A stretch of 64,000 nucleotides of DNA from Microbotryum violaceum. Its lineage: Eukaryota. Below are positions 10,726 through 23,000 of the stretch, piece after piece. A program made the translations under genes and the position numbers. Location of the stretch: NCBI GenBank assembly GCA_001244265.2, contig CDLV01000009.1, positions 1,054,001 through 1,118,000 of the forward strand. Direction: 5' to 3'. A model generated the notes under the pieces. It saw nothing but the letters and a program-made list of their open reading frames with translations. It made no database searches and had not been told where the DNA came from. Numbering within the stretch: the first letter of the stretch is position 1; the number at the start of each line of letters is the position of its first letter.

Positions 10726-13368
10726 ATGTCCAAACACCACCAAAACTCGCGCTACTCCCCTCCTCACGCTTCCGAGGATCCCGACGCCTCGTCATCGTCC
10801 TCAGGTCGAGCTGCGGCGCCACCGTCTCGTGAACGGTCGCAGTACCATGCGCAGTACTCGTCGCCTCATGTACACCCGAGTGATTTGTATGCTCGACCTC
10901 GGCCACCTTCAGAAGCAGAGTTCCATTTCGGAGATGATGACACTATCGTCAGTTACCAACATAAACGATTCAAGCCGATTTCGGGCCTGGTCCGTGCTAA
11001 CCAATTCCTGCTTTTGGAGCTGGGCAGGTCCCGGGCGACTCGGTCTCTCAACTCGGTCGCAGACTGACTCAGAGCGAGAACAAGCGCGTCGCAGGTCCCA
11101 GGCCGATGGAGCTCGAGACCGTACACGCCTCACCGGACGTTGAAGAATATTCACCCAACGAAGCCACCGGATCAAGGATGCCCTTACCTGTCCCGTCGAG
11201 TGTCCGTTCACCCCGCCATTACGAGTCGTCAAAAGTGCCATTCTCGTCTCAAAAACCTTATCGGGGGCAATCATCTCTTGGACAGGATCATTCTCGCTCT
11301 TCGCCGGCGTCCTACGATGACGACGCGGGCATGATCCGCAAGATACCCAGCCCCCCTGAAAGAGGTTACCAAGTTCCTTACCCGCACCCAGACAATAAGG
11401 AAACGCTATATGCATCAAGACGAGGGCATGCATCCGATGAGAACCCCTTGACAGCACCGCTCGTCGACAACTATGACGACGAAGCACTACACCCGCGACA
11501 ATTGAATGGTGAGCCAGGAGGTCGAGCATCACCCGCCGGAGCGGGATACTCATCGCTGCCTTGAACAGGTGCAGACGATGATGATCGATCGATATACCCC
11601 TCTTCCCGGATATCGAGGGGGAGGGAGACACCCCTTTGGCCCGACCCGAATACGCTTCCCCGCCGTTCCCACCCGATGCATTCAAACTCCGTCGACACCC
11701 AGCAAACGTACGCCAAGGATTACTACGACGACGACTACAACTCATCTAAAGATGCCACCTACCCACCTGATCTCTACAATTCGAAATCTCAATGGGCCCA
11801 CGACGAAGAAACCAACCCCGACGCGATCGAGCCGCTCGACGTCGTCGGGCGGCAATCCGACTCTGTCGACGCTAGCCTAATACAAAAACCATCAGTGTGG
11901 AAGAGGATGATCTACGACGGCAAGACGCCGATCGCGCTTCGGATCGCCGAGCATAAGAAGGGGGAAGGGATACAGAAACGACCATGGGCTTGTTGGCTCC
12001 TGGCGACGTCGTTTTGTGCCCTGTTGGCCTTCGAAATGGTTCGCATGTTTCAGGTGGGTCTGGCGCCGGCGATGAAGAGTCTTCCGGGATATGAGCTTAT
12101 ATTACCTTGTTGGTGCCCCACCAGTATACTGGGAGTCCGATTCAGACCAAGCCGAGCTTCAATGTCATGGTCGGTGAGTTTTCACTTTAATTGCGACCCT
12201 GTTTGCCAACCAAGGAACTAAACATCCGCATCCGCAGGGCCTTCTGGTCCTGTGCTCATCAACACGGGGGCCCGATTCGCGGGATGTCAGAAATATATTG
12301 CGAATGTGGGTTTCATTCTCGGTCCTCGGAGCTGTAAGCGAGCGCACTTCTGACCCCGTTGCTCTCTCAGGTCACGGACATTGACTGGATTTGTCTTAAG
12401 GATTCGAACAAGCCTGCTACGGCCACATTCGAGACGATGTGTAAGCATTCATCTCGCATGTTGGTTGTGACCTTACAGCTCATGTATGTTCTCACGTCAC
12501 GAACTTTTAAATCTCAGGCACAATGAGCCAGATCTGCGGGTTTGACGGATTCGCCACCCCGCAGCAGGCGGACCAGACCTTCCGCTTCGTTGTCCCCATC
12601 TTTTTGCACGCGGGAATCGTCCATCTCGTCGTTAACCTCCTCGCCCAACTCTTCTCCTCTTCCATTGTCGAAAGGCAGATGGGCACCCCCAAGTTCTTGA
12701 TCGTCTACTTCCTCTCAGGCATCTTCGGCTTCGTGCTAGGCTCGAACTTTTCGCTGGTTGGCCAGCCTTCGGTCGGTGCGAGCGGAGCCATCTTTGGGAC
12801 CCATGGCGCCATCTTGGTGGATCTTCTCGCGCATTGGAATATCGAGTTCCGTCCTTTGCGCAAGCTCGTGTGGCTCATCATTGAATTGATCGTCGGTCTC
12901 GCGCTTGGTCTTGTTCCCGGTGTCGACAACTTTGCCCACATCGGTGGGTTTTGCATGGGGTTGTTAACGTCGATACTCCTCTTGCCCATCATTCATCAAA
13001 CGAAGCGACATCGAGGAATCTTCATCGCGTTGAGGATCATCGCCTTACCGCTGGCGATCGTGCTGTTTGTGTTGCTCTTGAGGAACTTTTACGTCAATGA
13101 TCCGGCCAAGATGTGTCACTGGTGTCGATACCTGTCTTGCTGGCCGACCGCAGCCAACAATGTAAGTCTCCTACAACTCAGCGAGAATCGTCTTGCTCTA
13201 CACTTTGCTGACCACTCTTCAACATCTTCCTTTTAGAAATGCCAAGGCACCGGCCTTTCAACCGCCACGACGACGACGACGACAACAACAACAACAACAA
13301 CGACTTCCTTCATGCTCTCGACGCTCATTTCAGTCCTTATTTCGTCCTTTGTCATCCCTTTACTGTAG
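10726..13368 (+). CDS. Rhomboid-family intramembrane serine protease with long disordered N-terminus
   Basis: FRFVVPIFLHAGIVHLVVN, catalytic SVGASGAIFG and DNFAHIGGF, multiple TM segments, CHWCRYLSC. Last exon KCQGTGLSTAT(n)SFMLSTLISVLISSFVIPLL*. Start codon less certain. Confidence 0.9.
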
Positions 13369-13525
13369 TCCATTTATCTTTCGTTGATGGTCATGTGCAT
13401 ACCAACTTGCAATCACTACCCTGCCGTGCAGTCGTTTCCCTCCTCCTGGCTTCAGTGGTAAGCCAACTTGATCACGTTACAACATGACTCTCGACATTGC
13501 AACACATAATGTGAGCTTATCTATA

Positions 13526-13838
13526 TCACATGTTCACAGGCTCTTCCGGAGAAGCCGTCGCAGCGACTGCCGCAGCTGTTGTGCCTTCTTCATTCGTTCC
13601 CGTCGATGGCTCCGAGGAGCCCGTGTTGACTTTTTTCACCTCGGATCCATTCGACTCGTTCGCGAAGTCCTTAGGCGCTTCCCGTTTCACACCCCCAGCC
13701 GTGACATTATCTTGCATCGCCTTAGGCTCAGTCGGAATCGGGGCGTTCTGCATCCTCTGCTGATGCTGTTGTTGTTGCGCTCTAGGGCCAGTCGGTACAT
13801 TATTCGGCATCGCTCCAGCATTCATGCCCATGCCAATG

Positions 13839-13879
<41 letters not shown>

Positions 13880-16184
13880 GCCCATGCCCATGCCCATCCC
13901 ATTCATGCCCTGATTCATCCCTTGCCCCATAGCAGCCCTCGCCATCAAACCCTGTAACATTGTCTGCATTGTCTGCATCCCCTGCATCATGTTCATGACC
14001 AACATCTGCCTCTGTTGCATCTGGTTCTGCGCCTGCATGCGCATCATCGGGGGTGCGCGAGGGTTCTGCACAGTTTGCGAGAATTGGAACATTTGCGCCT
14101 GGGCTTGTTGCAGTCGCATTTGCGAGAATTGAATTTGTTGGCGGAGTTGGAGCATTTGTTGGTTAAGCATCTGTTGCTGTTGCTGTAGTTGTTGTTGTGG
14201 CTGATGGGGTGTTTCGGCACCACCATCGCTTGCTGTCGAAGCGGCGGCCGTGGAAGCTGTTGCCGTGTCGTTTGGTGTAGGTGTGGATGTCTAATGAACG
14301 AGAGTGGAACACGGTTTAGCCTTCGTTTTGAATGCCAATGCTGCGAAAGCAGCGCCGAAATTGTCTCTTACCTCCTTGACCTCACTCGCGGCACGTGTGA
14401 TTTCCGTATCAGGTTCCTTCTCCCCTTCTTCCTGCTTAACCGTCGCATCCTCACCTTCCCTCCGTTCTCCGTTCTCCTTCTCCTCTTCCTCGACTTCGAC
14501 CTCCTTACTAGCCTCCACCACATCCTCAATATATTTCTTCACTCTTTCCCTCCTTTCCGAATCCGGTTTTAGCTTCTCAAAGCTTTTGATCCTCGTCTCG
14601 CACTCGGGGCACAACAAATCGTTATCGCTCAAAGCATTCTCGACGCATTCGCGACAGAACGACGTCTGACAACAAGGCGTCAACACGGCCTCGCGGAGCA
14701 GCTTGGAATCAATAGGGCAGGTCAAGTCTGGATCGGTGGGAGCGAGGTTCTGCACGTCCAAAGCACTGAGGTTTTTGGTGATCGCTCGATGGGCCAACCA
14801 AGATGCTTGATCGGGTCGAGCAACGACAAAGCCTCCTTCGGCGGTGACCATAACGCCCGAGGCTTTGAGGTCTTCGGCTGTGGCGGAGTCGATCGGACCT
14901 TCAACGGCTTCGAGAAAACTTTTGGGGATGCCGGTAGTGCGCTTGATCTTGGGTCGGTTGTCGTACGCATGGTCGTTGTTGGTCGGACATTCTTGGATCC
15001 AGTGGCCTGCGATTGAGTCGACGCATCAGTACACAAAGCGGTTTGGAACACGCCAATGAAACACAACCTCACCTTTCTGGCCACACCTATAGCAGATGTA
15101 CCCAGGTGGCGGAGGCTTGGATTGCTCAAACTTGTCATGCCTGGGGCGATCCCCAACCCCCGGTGGTCCCGTCGTTCCCGAAGGGGTTGGTCGAGGTTGA
15201 GATGGTCGATTCGCACCCATCATCGGTGGCCTTCGAACAGGCGTCTGACTGGCCATTTGTTCTTGCGTTTCTTGCCATTGTTGACTTGATGCGGCGAACA
15301 TGGCTGCTAGCGCATTCGCTTCATCCGCGGGAGCGGCGGAAGGTAAGACGATAGGTGCAGGTTCCTGGAGGATCGATGCAGAGAAGACGGGGCTCAGTCT
15401 ATGAAACGGGGAACTACGTCGATCACAATTCATTAATATGGCAAATCACCTGAGGAGCCGCACTCGCGTTCGACGAAGGTGCATCGTCTCTCCCATCAAA
15501 TCGTTTCGAAAACGAAGATGCATTCCAACCACCCCTACCGCCACCACTCTGGACCCCACCCCGAGGTTTTTGCATATCCCCACGACCGCCACCACCTCCG
15601 GCGTATCCGGAGAAAGAAGCCGCGGAGGCGGGGCCCATTTCGGCTGAGATCATGTAACCTTGCGCATTGCCTCGCCCTGGTCTTGCGGGTGGGAGACGAC
15701 GAGCCAGGACGGAGGTTGATCGCGGGACGACTTGATGGTCGTGATATTCTGATCATGGGGGAGAAGGGTCAATACTCAGGTCAAGCAGAGAAACAGTCCG
15801 GGGTAAGTCTGGGCGTTGGGGCAAGTCTTGCTGTTCGAATTGAGACAGCTTCGACCATGGCGATCATCTTGATAGGTGTACCCAACATTCATCCACTCAA
15901 GTCACCGTACACGAAAGCTTTTCAGTTGCTCGACTCACCTTCCTCAGTATCCGCGTTGTAAATGGCAAAGTCAAAGTCTGCCCCGCGCCCCATCTTGTTC
16001 TCCATGATGATCTCCTTCTTGAGGTCCCAGACCGAGATGCCGGTGCCATCGAACGCAATGCGGGACGGCTCCTTTTGCGACCGAAAGCGGTAAAAGACGT
16101 GACTGTGTGGAGGAGGGCCGAGAGCGAGGGCTTGAGTATCGGCTTCGGCAAGTACGGTCAGCGGTAGCAGGCTTACGAAGACAT
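13526..16184 (-). CDS. MPE1: Mpe1/RBBP6-like cleavage and polyadenylation factor (DWNN, zinc knuckle, RING/U-box-like)
   Basis: 8-nt first exon ATGTCTTC then HVFYRFRSQKEPSRIAFDGTGISVWDLKKEII (DWNN); PPPGYICYRCGQKG|HWIQECPTN; LTCPIDSKLLREAVLTPCCQTSFCREC...LCPEC; Q/M/G-rich tail. Confidence 0.92.
13825..13910. repeat. (CCCATA/CCCATG)n hexanucleotide repeat encoding a Gly-Met run in Mpe1
   Basis: Direct reading; encodes GMGMGMGMGMGMGMGMGMGIGMGM on the minus strand. Confidence 0.9.
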
Positions 16185-17228
16185 GATCGGTTGCTGTGTG
16201 GAGATTAACAGGCAGCTTTGCGTATCGCAGACGGCTCAAGCAGAACGAACAGGCAGAGTGTCACCAAAAGAGCAGGCCGAAATGCCGACGAGGTAGAATG
16301 CGCGATGCAGGGGGGGCGCAGGGAGCAGAAGTGAGACGTCGCCAAGCTCAAGGGAGGCAAGTAGCGGGCGGCAGATGGGTTTGATTGCTAACAAAAGGAC
16401 CAAACCAATGGCGCCGCGCTATCCAACAACAGCAGAAGCGGGTGGAAGGGAGAGGGGAGTGGGCAGGGGAGAGGGATGACCTGTGACGTTCGACACAACA
16501 CGCAACCAGGTACGACCGCGTTACCGCGTTACGAAGCGGGGGGAGAGGAGAACGATCCCGCTACAAGCTTGTCAAATACTGAGATCAACTAGGTAGTGAT
16601 GGTCGCTGCAGGTCCAGTGTGTCAAGCGGGTGACAGATGTGACGATGGCAGAGCGGACGATCGACGCGTTACACCTGGCGGAGTGATGTGACTCGACCAC
16701 AGACACGCTCGCTCGACGTGGATAGAGCTTGGTCGAGGTGATGTGTCCAAGTGTTGCCTGCTGAGGTGCGAAAGCGCGTGGTGCGGTGGTGCGACAAGCG
16801 GTGGGAAGGGTGGCCGACGAGCGAACGGTAAGCGGCCGCAGTCGGCAGAAAGACACAAGCACGTTTTCTTTTTCGACTACGCCCTGCCCGAATGTGTTGA
16901 TTGCGCCAAACGGGGGCCAACGCGTCCCTGAAAGCGTGTCAGCTCCTACTTTCCAAGATTATCATCGGCCCTGATGTACGTGGTCCACATAATCGATTTA
17001 GCCGGCCCGTGCAGTGACGCCACCAAAAATCAAGCTGACTCCGAAGCTTTTGCAGTGGATGGTCGTGAATCCCGCGGCATTATGGACTCGTACTCCGGCT
17101 AACCAACCGGCGACGCCTATTACGCGACTCCGAAAGCGCAAGGCACTTTACTCACGCACCCCTTTCCCCTGTCCCCCTCTTGCATGATCCCTCATCACTG
17201 ATCGTCTCAAGATCGTGACCGCGCAACC

Positions 17229-18950
17229 ATGCCGACTCCACCTCCCGATGTCCCCCTGCACCACTTGATTGAAAGGGCCATCGTAAGTCGAACTCCGGCG
17301 GGCAGCGTCGGCGGCCACGCTCGTCTTGGCAGCCCCACCAGCTCGCCGACGTGCCAGCCGCGGCGTGGTTGCTCGTGCTCGGCCGGCGGGCTGCTTAATA
17401 CCCCTTCCGCGCCCAGGTGGACCCCGCGAGGAGGAGGCCTAGACTACACCGCTGACAAGCCCCGGATTACTCTTCAACAGCTGCTCGAAAAGATCGATCG
17501 GGATCTGTACCGTTCCAAGGAACTCTGGAAGGTGCGTAACGCGACAGTCCCTTCCGCGTGCAATGAGCAACCAGCTTCGGGCCCCACACGTCTCGGCGCG
17601 GCGATACAAAGCTCGCACTTGGCATAGCTCTACGGCTTTCACAGTGCGAGACCTCACCGGGAATAATCTGACACGCGTCTTCTTTGGGTCTACCCCCTGC
17701 AGCCATCGGGAGGCCGAGGCGTGTTTGGCGGACAAACGATCGCCCAATCCGCGTGGGCAGCAACCCTCTCGGTCCGAGATGACGAGCCAGGCACGGTCAA
17801 AGGTCTTCACTCGCTCCACGTGAGTACACCTTACTTTCCTATCATCCTGTCGGTCAGCCCTACTGACCCTTCTACCTTTGCCCGCCCACCCCGGATCAAT
17901 CCGTGACAAAATTTTCTCGGCTACTCGGTTGCCGGACAGTCCTACTTTCTCTCATTCGGCAACGTCGACAACCCTATTCTTTGTGAGCAACACCCAGAAG
18001 ACGGCCCAGTTGCTGGATCTTCATTCTGACGATTCCTGGTCGATCTTGTGCACAGATTCGGTCCAACGCCTCCGAGACGGGAGATCGTACTCGACCCGAA
18101 CGGTCCTAGCAACCCAACTCGGCGTCCCCATCTTCGTCGTAACGTGTTCGTTCGCCGTACCCGAACCCAATCAGCCCATCACCGAGCCCGTGTTCCCCAA
18201 ATGGCCGCTCGAGCCGTCGCGTGGCGCCGGGAGGATCCAGGATGTGCCTCCCCCAGAGGAATGCCTGTCGACCGAGGATAGGCTACAATACGTTTTGGAC
18301 AACGTCAAGGTCCCTGAGAAGCTGAGGGTCTAGTAAGTTCGATTTCGATGCTTCTCGAAGCGTTCCTGCGCGCAAATGACTGACCGTCGTGCCTGCATAC
18401 GAATCATCACCAGCGTCGACCGACAAGCGGAAGAACGTCGCCAATCGGCGATCGAGGTGCGCAACGCCGATCGCACCGAGTTGTCGGGTTTGATCTCGGC
18501 CAAGAAGAACGATCCAAGGCCTCAGCAGATGCACTGGTTCCGATCGCGAGCACCCGTGCGAGATGATCCCGCTTTCCACAAAGTGAGGCTTTCGTCCTCC
18601 GAGGTGCTTATGCCACCCTTCTACCTTCCAATCTACTGACTCTGTGATCGTTCGCTGGATCCTTGTAGTGTGTCTTGGCGTATGCCTCTGACTTGCAGTT
18701 CATCGGCACCGCTGCACGAGCCGCCAACTTGGGAGCTCGTACGACGCCTCATTTAGGCATGCTCGCCTCGTTGGACCACGCCATGCATTTCTACGACGAT
18801 ACCGTCGATGCGTACGACTGGTTACTCTTCTACATGGAGGCCACGGTCGTCAGGAGTGGTCGTGGGTTGGTCACGGGGAGGATTTATAAGAGGGATGGAA
18901 CCTTGGCGGTGGTGTGTCAACAGGAAGGGGTGGTTAGGGCTCAGCTTTGA
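17229..18950 (+). CDS. TES1: Acyl-CoA thioesterase II (TesB/Tes1/ACOT8 family), spliced
   Basis: LLEKIDRDLYRS, RGVFGGQTIAQS, LHSLH, VQRLRDGRSYSTRTV, AYASDLQFI, MLASLDHAMHF, GRGLVTGRIYKRDGTLAVVCQQEGVVR; ends AQL* (PTS1-like). Confidence 0.92.
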
Positions 18951-20024
18951 TCGGAGTTCCTCCTTCCAAGCTGAATGAAGTATCGGGGATGGTTTTGTGT
19001 GTAATGAGCTGTGTCTGCAGTATTAGTGTCTTTCTGTGTTTTTTGAACCGCGAGTGAACGCCCATTAAGCCAACGGAAGACTATTGAAAGCCTATCTCGT
19101 CGCATGAGCCTCAGGCTCGCACCTTCTGGGCCAAGTCATGCGAGTGAAGCACGGCCAAACACATGTTCCATCTACGCTTGTCGACTCGAGACTCGAGCGT
19201 CTAGAGGGTAGAAAAATATGGACTTTTTCGGCACAGGGGGGGGGAGGGGCTGAAATATATGACATTCGGTCCTACCCCTCGAGCCAGCTTCGGCAGCCGT
19301 CAAGCTGCACGCGGGATCCACTCCTGTACATTAGTGGGCACGTGAACCGGGCAAACGTCGCCAATCGGCTATCATAACCCGCACCTTTGATCGTACCGCA
19401 TGTTCAAGCCTGATCTCAGCCAAGAAAAATGGTCCTCGGCCCCAATACATTCGTTGGCTCCGATCCCGATCACCCCTTCGAAAGGATCCCGCTTTCCAAA
19501 AAGTGTGCTCGAGGGTCCTGGGCAGTCCTTGGTTCTGCCCGCTGACTTGGTAATATTTGACTCGAATTCCGGCAGTACGTGTTGGCGTATGCCTCAGAAA
19601 TGCAATTGATCGGCTGTCAGCTGAATGGGTGGAACAGGGCCAAGCTCTGATGATAGCTAGGAAGCGAAGGATGAAATGCGTGGAAAGCGTCGTGTGTAAG
19701 TGCGGCAGTGTTGTCTTTTGGAAGCCATTGGCATCGTCATCTCCTTTCATCGAAGATTATGGGATGTAGAGGAGGACACAAAGGTTGCTCAAATGACAAT
19801 TAGAAGGAACAACTTCTTCCCCACTTACTAAAGGTCACGTATTGGGGACCGAACAAGAAAGGGAAAAGCGACAATGCGTGCGAGAAGCACAAACAAAAGT
19901 ATGTAATAGAGATGAGAATTACTAGCAAAAGTCGTAGGTTGGAGTTAAACGAAGAGACACCGATCACGAAAAAGGGAGGGGGTTCGACATCATCCCTGAT
20001 CGACAGGGACGGACTCGGTTAGCA

Positions 20025-23000
20025 TTAGTGGTTCGAGGCGTTGGTGGCGGCGGCATGACGACGTTGTTCTTCATCGGCCATGACCCTGTCAAAGGCGGAA
20101 TGTGTTACAAAGCTCATCGGTCACCAGACGCTTCGAGTAAAGTAAAAGGCGCAAATGCTTAAACTTACGAGTACAAGCTACTTTGCGTAAACGACCACGT
20201 CTCGGGCAGAGTGAGAAAAGGATGCCTGAGAAGTTCATAGGCTTTCGGTCGCTCATCGGGATTGCTACAAGCAATGGCGGCGAAACTAGGTCAGTCGTGG
20301 CAAATCCAGGTCACATTCTTCTGCGACGCCTTCGCTTACATGGCGAGGCAGTTGTTGATGAACTCGTCGGCTTCGCTTGAAAGCGTAACGTCCGACGGGA
20401 TGGGTGGCCGACGTCGCTCGGTTGCGATCTAGAGAAGAGTGGATCATCAGCCTCCAAAAACGAAAAAAGAGCGACTCTATGACTTACCTTGAACATAGCT
20501 TGCAATTGCTCGTCCTCGGACCAAGGACGGCGCCCGGCAAACATCTCGATCAAGATGCACCCAAAGGACCAAATGTCGGCTTTGGCCGAATACCCCGTCT
20601 TCATGTTGTAAATTACTTCGGGGGCCATCCAGAACAGCGAACCTTGCATCATCGACATGTTCTCGTCGTTGTTGTAGATGTCGGCTGGAAAGAAAGTTTG
20701 GATCAGTGACCACAAACTGTGCGGTTACCCACATAGGCCAGGTCGAACTCACTGCTTTTCTTGCTGGTACCAAAGTCAGAGATTTTGCACATCCCGTCAT
20801 GATCGGTCAAGATATTGTCGGCCTTCATATCGCGATGCAGTATCCCGAGACCATGGAGGTACGACAAGCCTTCGAGGATCTGCATCGTGAAGAACTTGAT
20901 GACGTCTTCCTCAAACTTGCCGTGGGTTCGAACGATGCGGCCGATTGAACCACCGGGAACGTATTCGAGGAAAATGGACAGGTGCAACGGTGTTTGCTCC
21001 ATCCCAAGGTACAACACGATGTTGGGGTGATCGAGGTCTTGGAGTAGTTCGATCTCGCCTCGCAGCGAAGCGACCATGCTTTTGGTTCGCTCGTTGCTCG
21101 CGTCAGACTGCGTCTTGGGAAGTTCGACTTGCTTGACTGCGATCGTTTCACCGGTCGTGACACTGAAGCCGATGTAGACGTGGCCGTAGGAACCGCGACC
21201 AATGAGGTCACCCTTGATCCATTTGTACGAGACTGTTCAACAACAATGAAGAGATAGATAATGCTCAGTCCAGTTACTTCCTCTCGAGGACGACCAGTCG
21301 ATCGCGCACTCACAGTTATCAGGGTTCTCCTCTCCCACATCCTCCCGAATCGTGTTCGACAGTCGACCCAAATCAGCACCTGTAACTTCCTCAATGCGCG
21401 CACCAAACAATTTGGTGCTCTTGCGTCGCAGCAGACTGGAACCAAGACCGTGTACAACCGTCGCCATCGTCCGCCCTGCTTTTTGCATCGCCCTTTTGCG
21501 ATCTTGAGCGACGTAGCGGATCGACTTTCGCTGCATCAGACCGCTGTTGTTGAGTGCGCGTCGGACAGCGGGAGAGAATGCGGTACTGGCGACGGAAGTA
21601 GCGGCCGTCGATGCTGTCGTGACTTGCGAAGACGCCTGTGAGCTCGAAGATGACGACGAAACGGTCGCAGGAGCAGGTGGGGCCGTCTCTTTGCCAGGCG
21701 AGGGGGTCCCCGGCGCAGGTGCAGGCATGGCGAAAGCGGGCTTGTCGAGATCGACATTGGGGAAATAGACGTCGAGGTTCTCTAACACGGTTTCAACGGC
21801 TGGACGAACGGCCCAAGAGAGGTTCTCATCATCGGCGCGATCGCGGAACGAGCCCCTTCGCGAACCCATTCCAGGCGAAGGCGCATTGAGCGAAATCGTC
21901 CTGTCCGCTTTGTTGGACGTGTGACGAAGCTTCTCCGATCGCTCGGCCCGACGCGAAGATAGCATCGTCGATACATCTCCGCTGCCATCGCTGCCAGGAC
22001 CAGCAGAACGACGAGCAGAGCTCGGAGGCGCAGCGCTCATGACCGAGGCCGAAACCGATGTTCCCGATGACCATTGGTTGAGACGAGTCGCCGTCTCGAC
22101 ACCACAGGATGAAGCAGGCTCGGACGGCATCTCGAGTCGAAGATTAGGTCGCCGCGTCGGCGTACCCACTGTCGGAGACGAAAGTCGACTCGCCGGCTCA
22201 TCTCGAAGCGTGTACGAGACCTGACCAGGTGGCGAGATCCTCGCCGGCTGCTCGTCAACGGTGGCCGTACGTGCCGGCCCGAAACCAGGCATGAACGTGC
22301 CCCCTTCCTCATCAACATCGTCGCCAAACTCATCCTTGCCCGCCGAAGCGGCGTTTTGATCCGTCCGCACCATCGTTCCAGCGGCATCGGTATCCTCAAT
22401 GTTCAGTCGCTCCAGAAGAGCCTTGCGCGCTTCCTTGGCCCACTCTCCTTCTCGCATCGTTTCACTCTGTTCGTCAATCATTTCGGCTGGCCGGACCGAC
22501 GGCGCGGACGCTTGCTTTCGCAACGCGCTCGCCACTTCCGAAGTGAGCTTGGTGGCAGGCGCCTTATGTGCGGGCTGATTGACCGGGAACCAAGTCGCCG
22601 ATTCTTCGTCGACGGGATCGCCAAATGCGTCGAGCAAGGGTGGCGATTGACCAGAGTGGAGCACGACGGTAGGGATAGACGGCGTGCGCACGCCACCCGA
22701 ATCCAGGGGCGGATTGTCCTGAGCCGGAGTCAAAGGTCCATTCACAGAAGCCGAGGTCGAACTGCGTGCCGAGGAAGGTGGACTCGCGAAAGGCGGTCGT
22801 TCGTCGTCGTTCGAGCCGAACCGCGAACCATCGTCCTGGCCAGCCATAGCGTGTGTCGGTGAAGCGTTCGATCCGCGCCAGCGACTCGAAGACGTATTGG
22901 AAGCCGATGAAGTCGACGAAGCGAACGACGACGACGAGCTGTCACGCCCATGCTGTAATTGCTGGAACTGGCCCTTCGCTTTGAGGGCCTTTAGCGGGGC

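Noticed and set aside
17350-17363. GTGCCAGCCGCGG resembling the SSU rRNA 515 motif
   Set aside because: Incomplete match inside a GC-rich intron with no other rRNA-like context.
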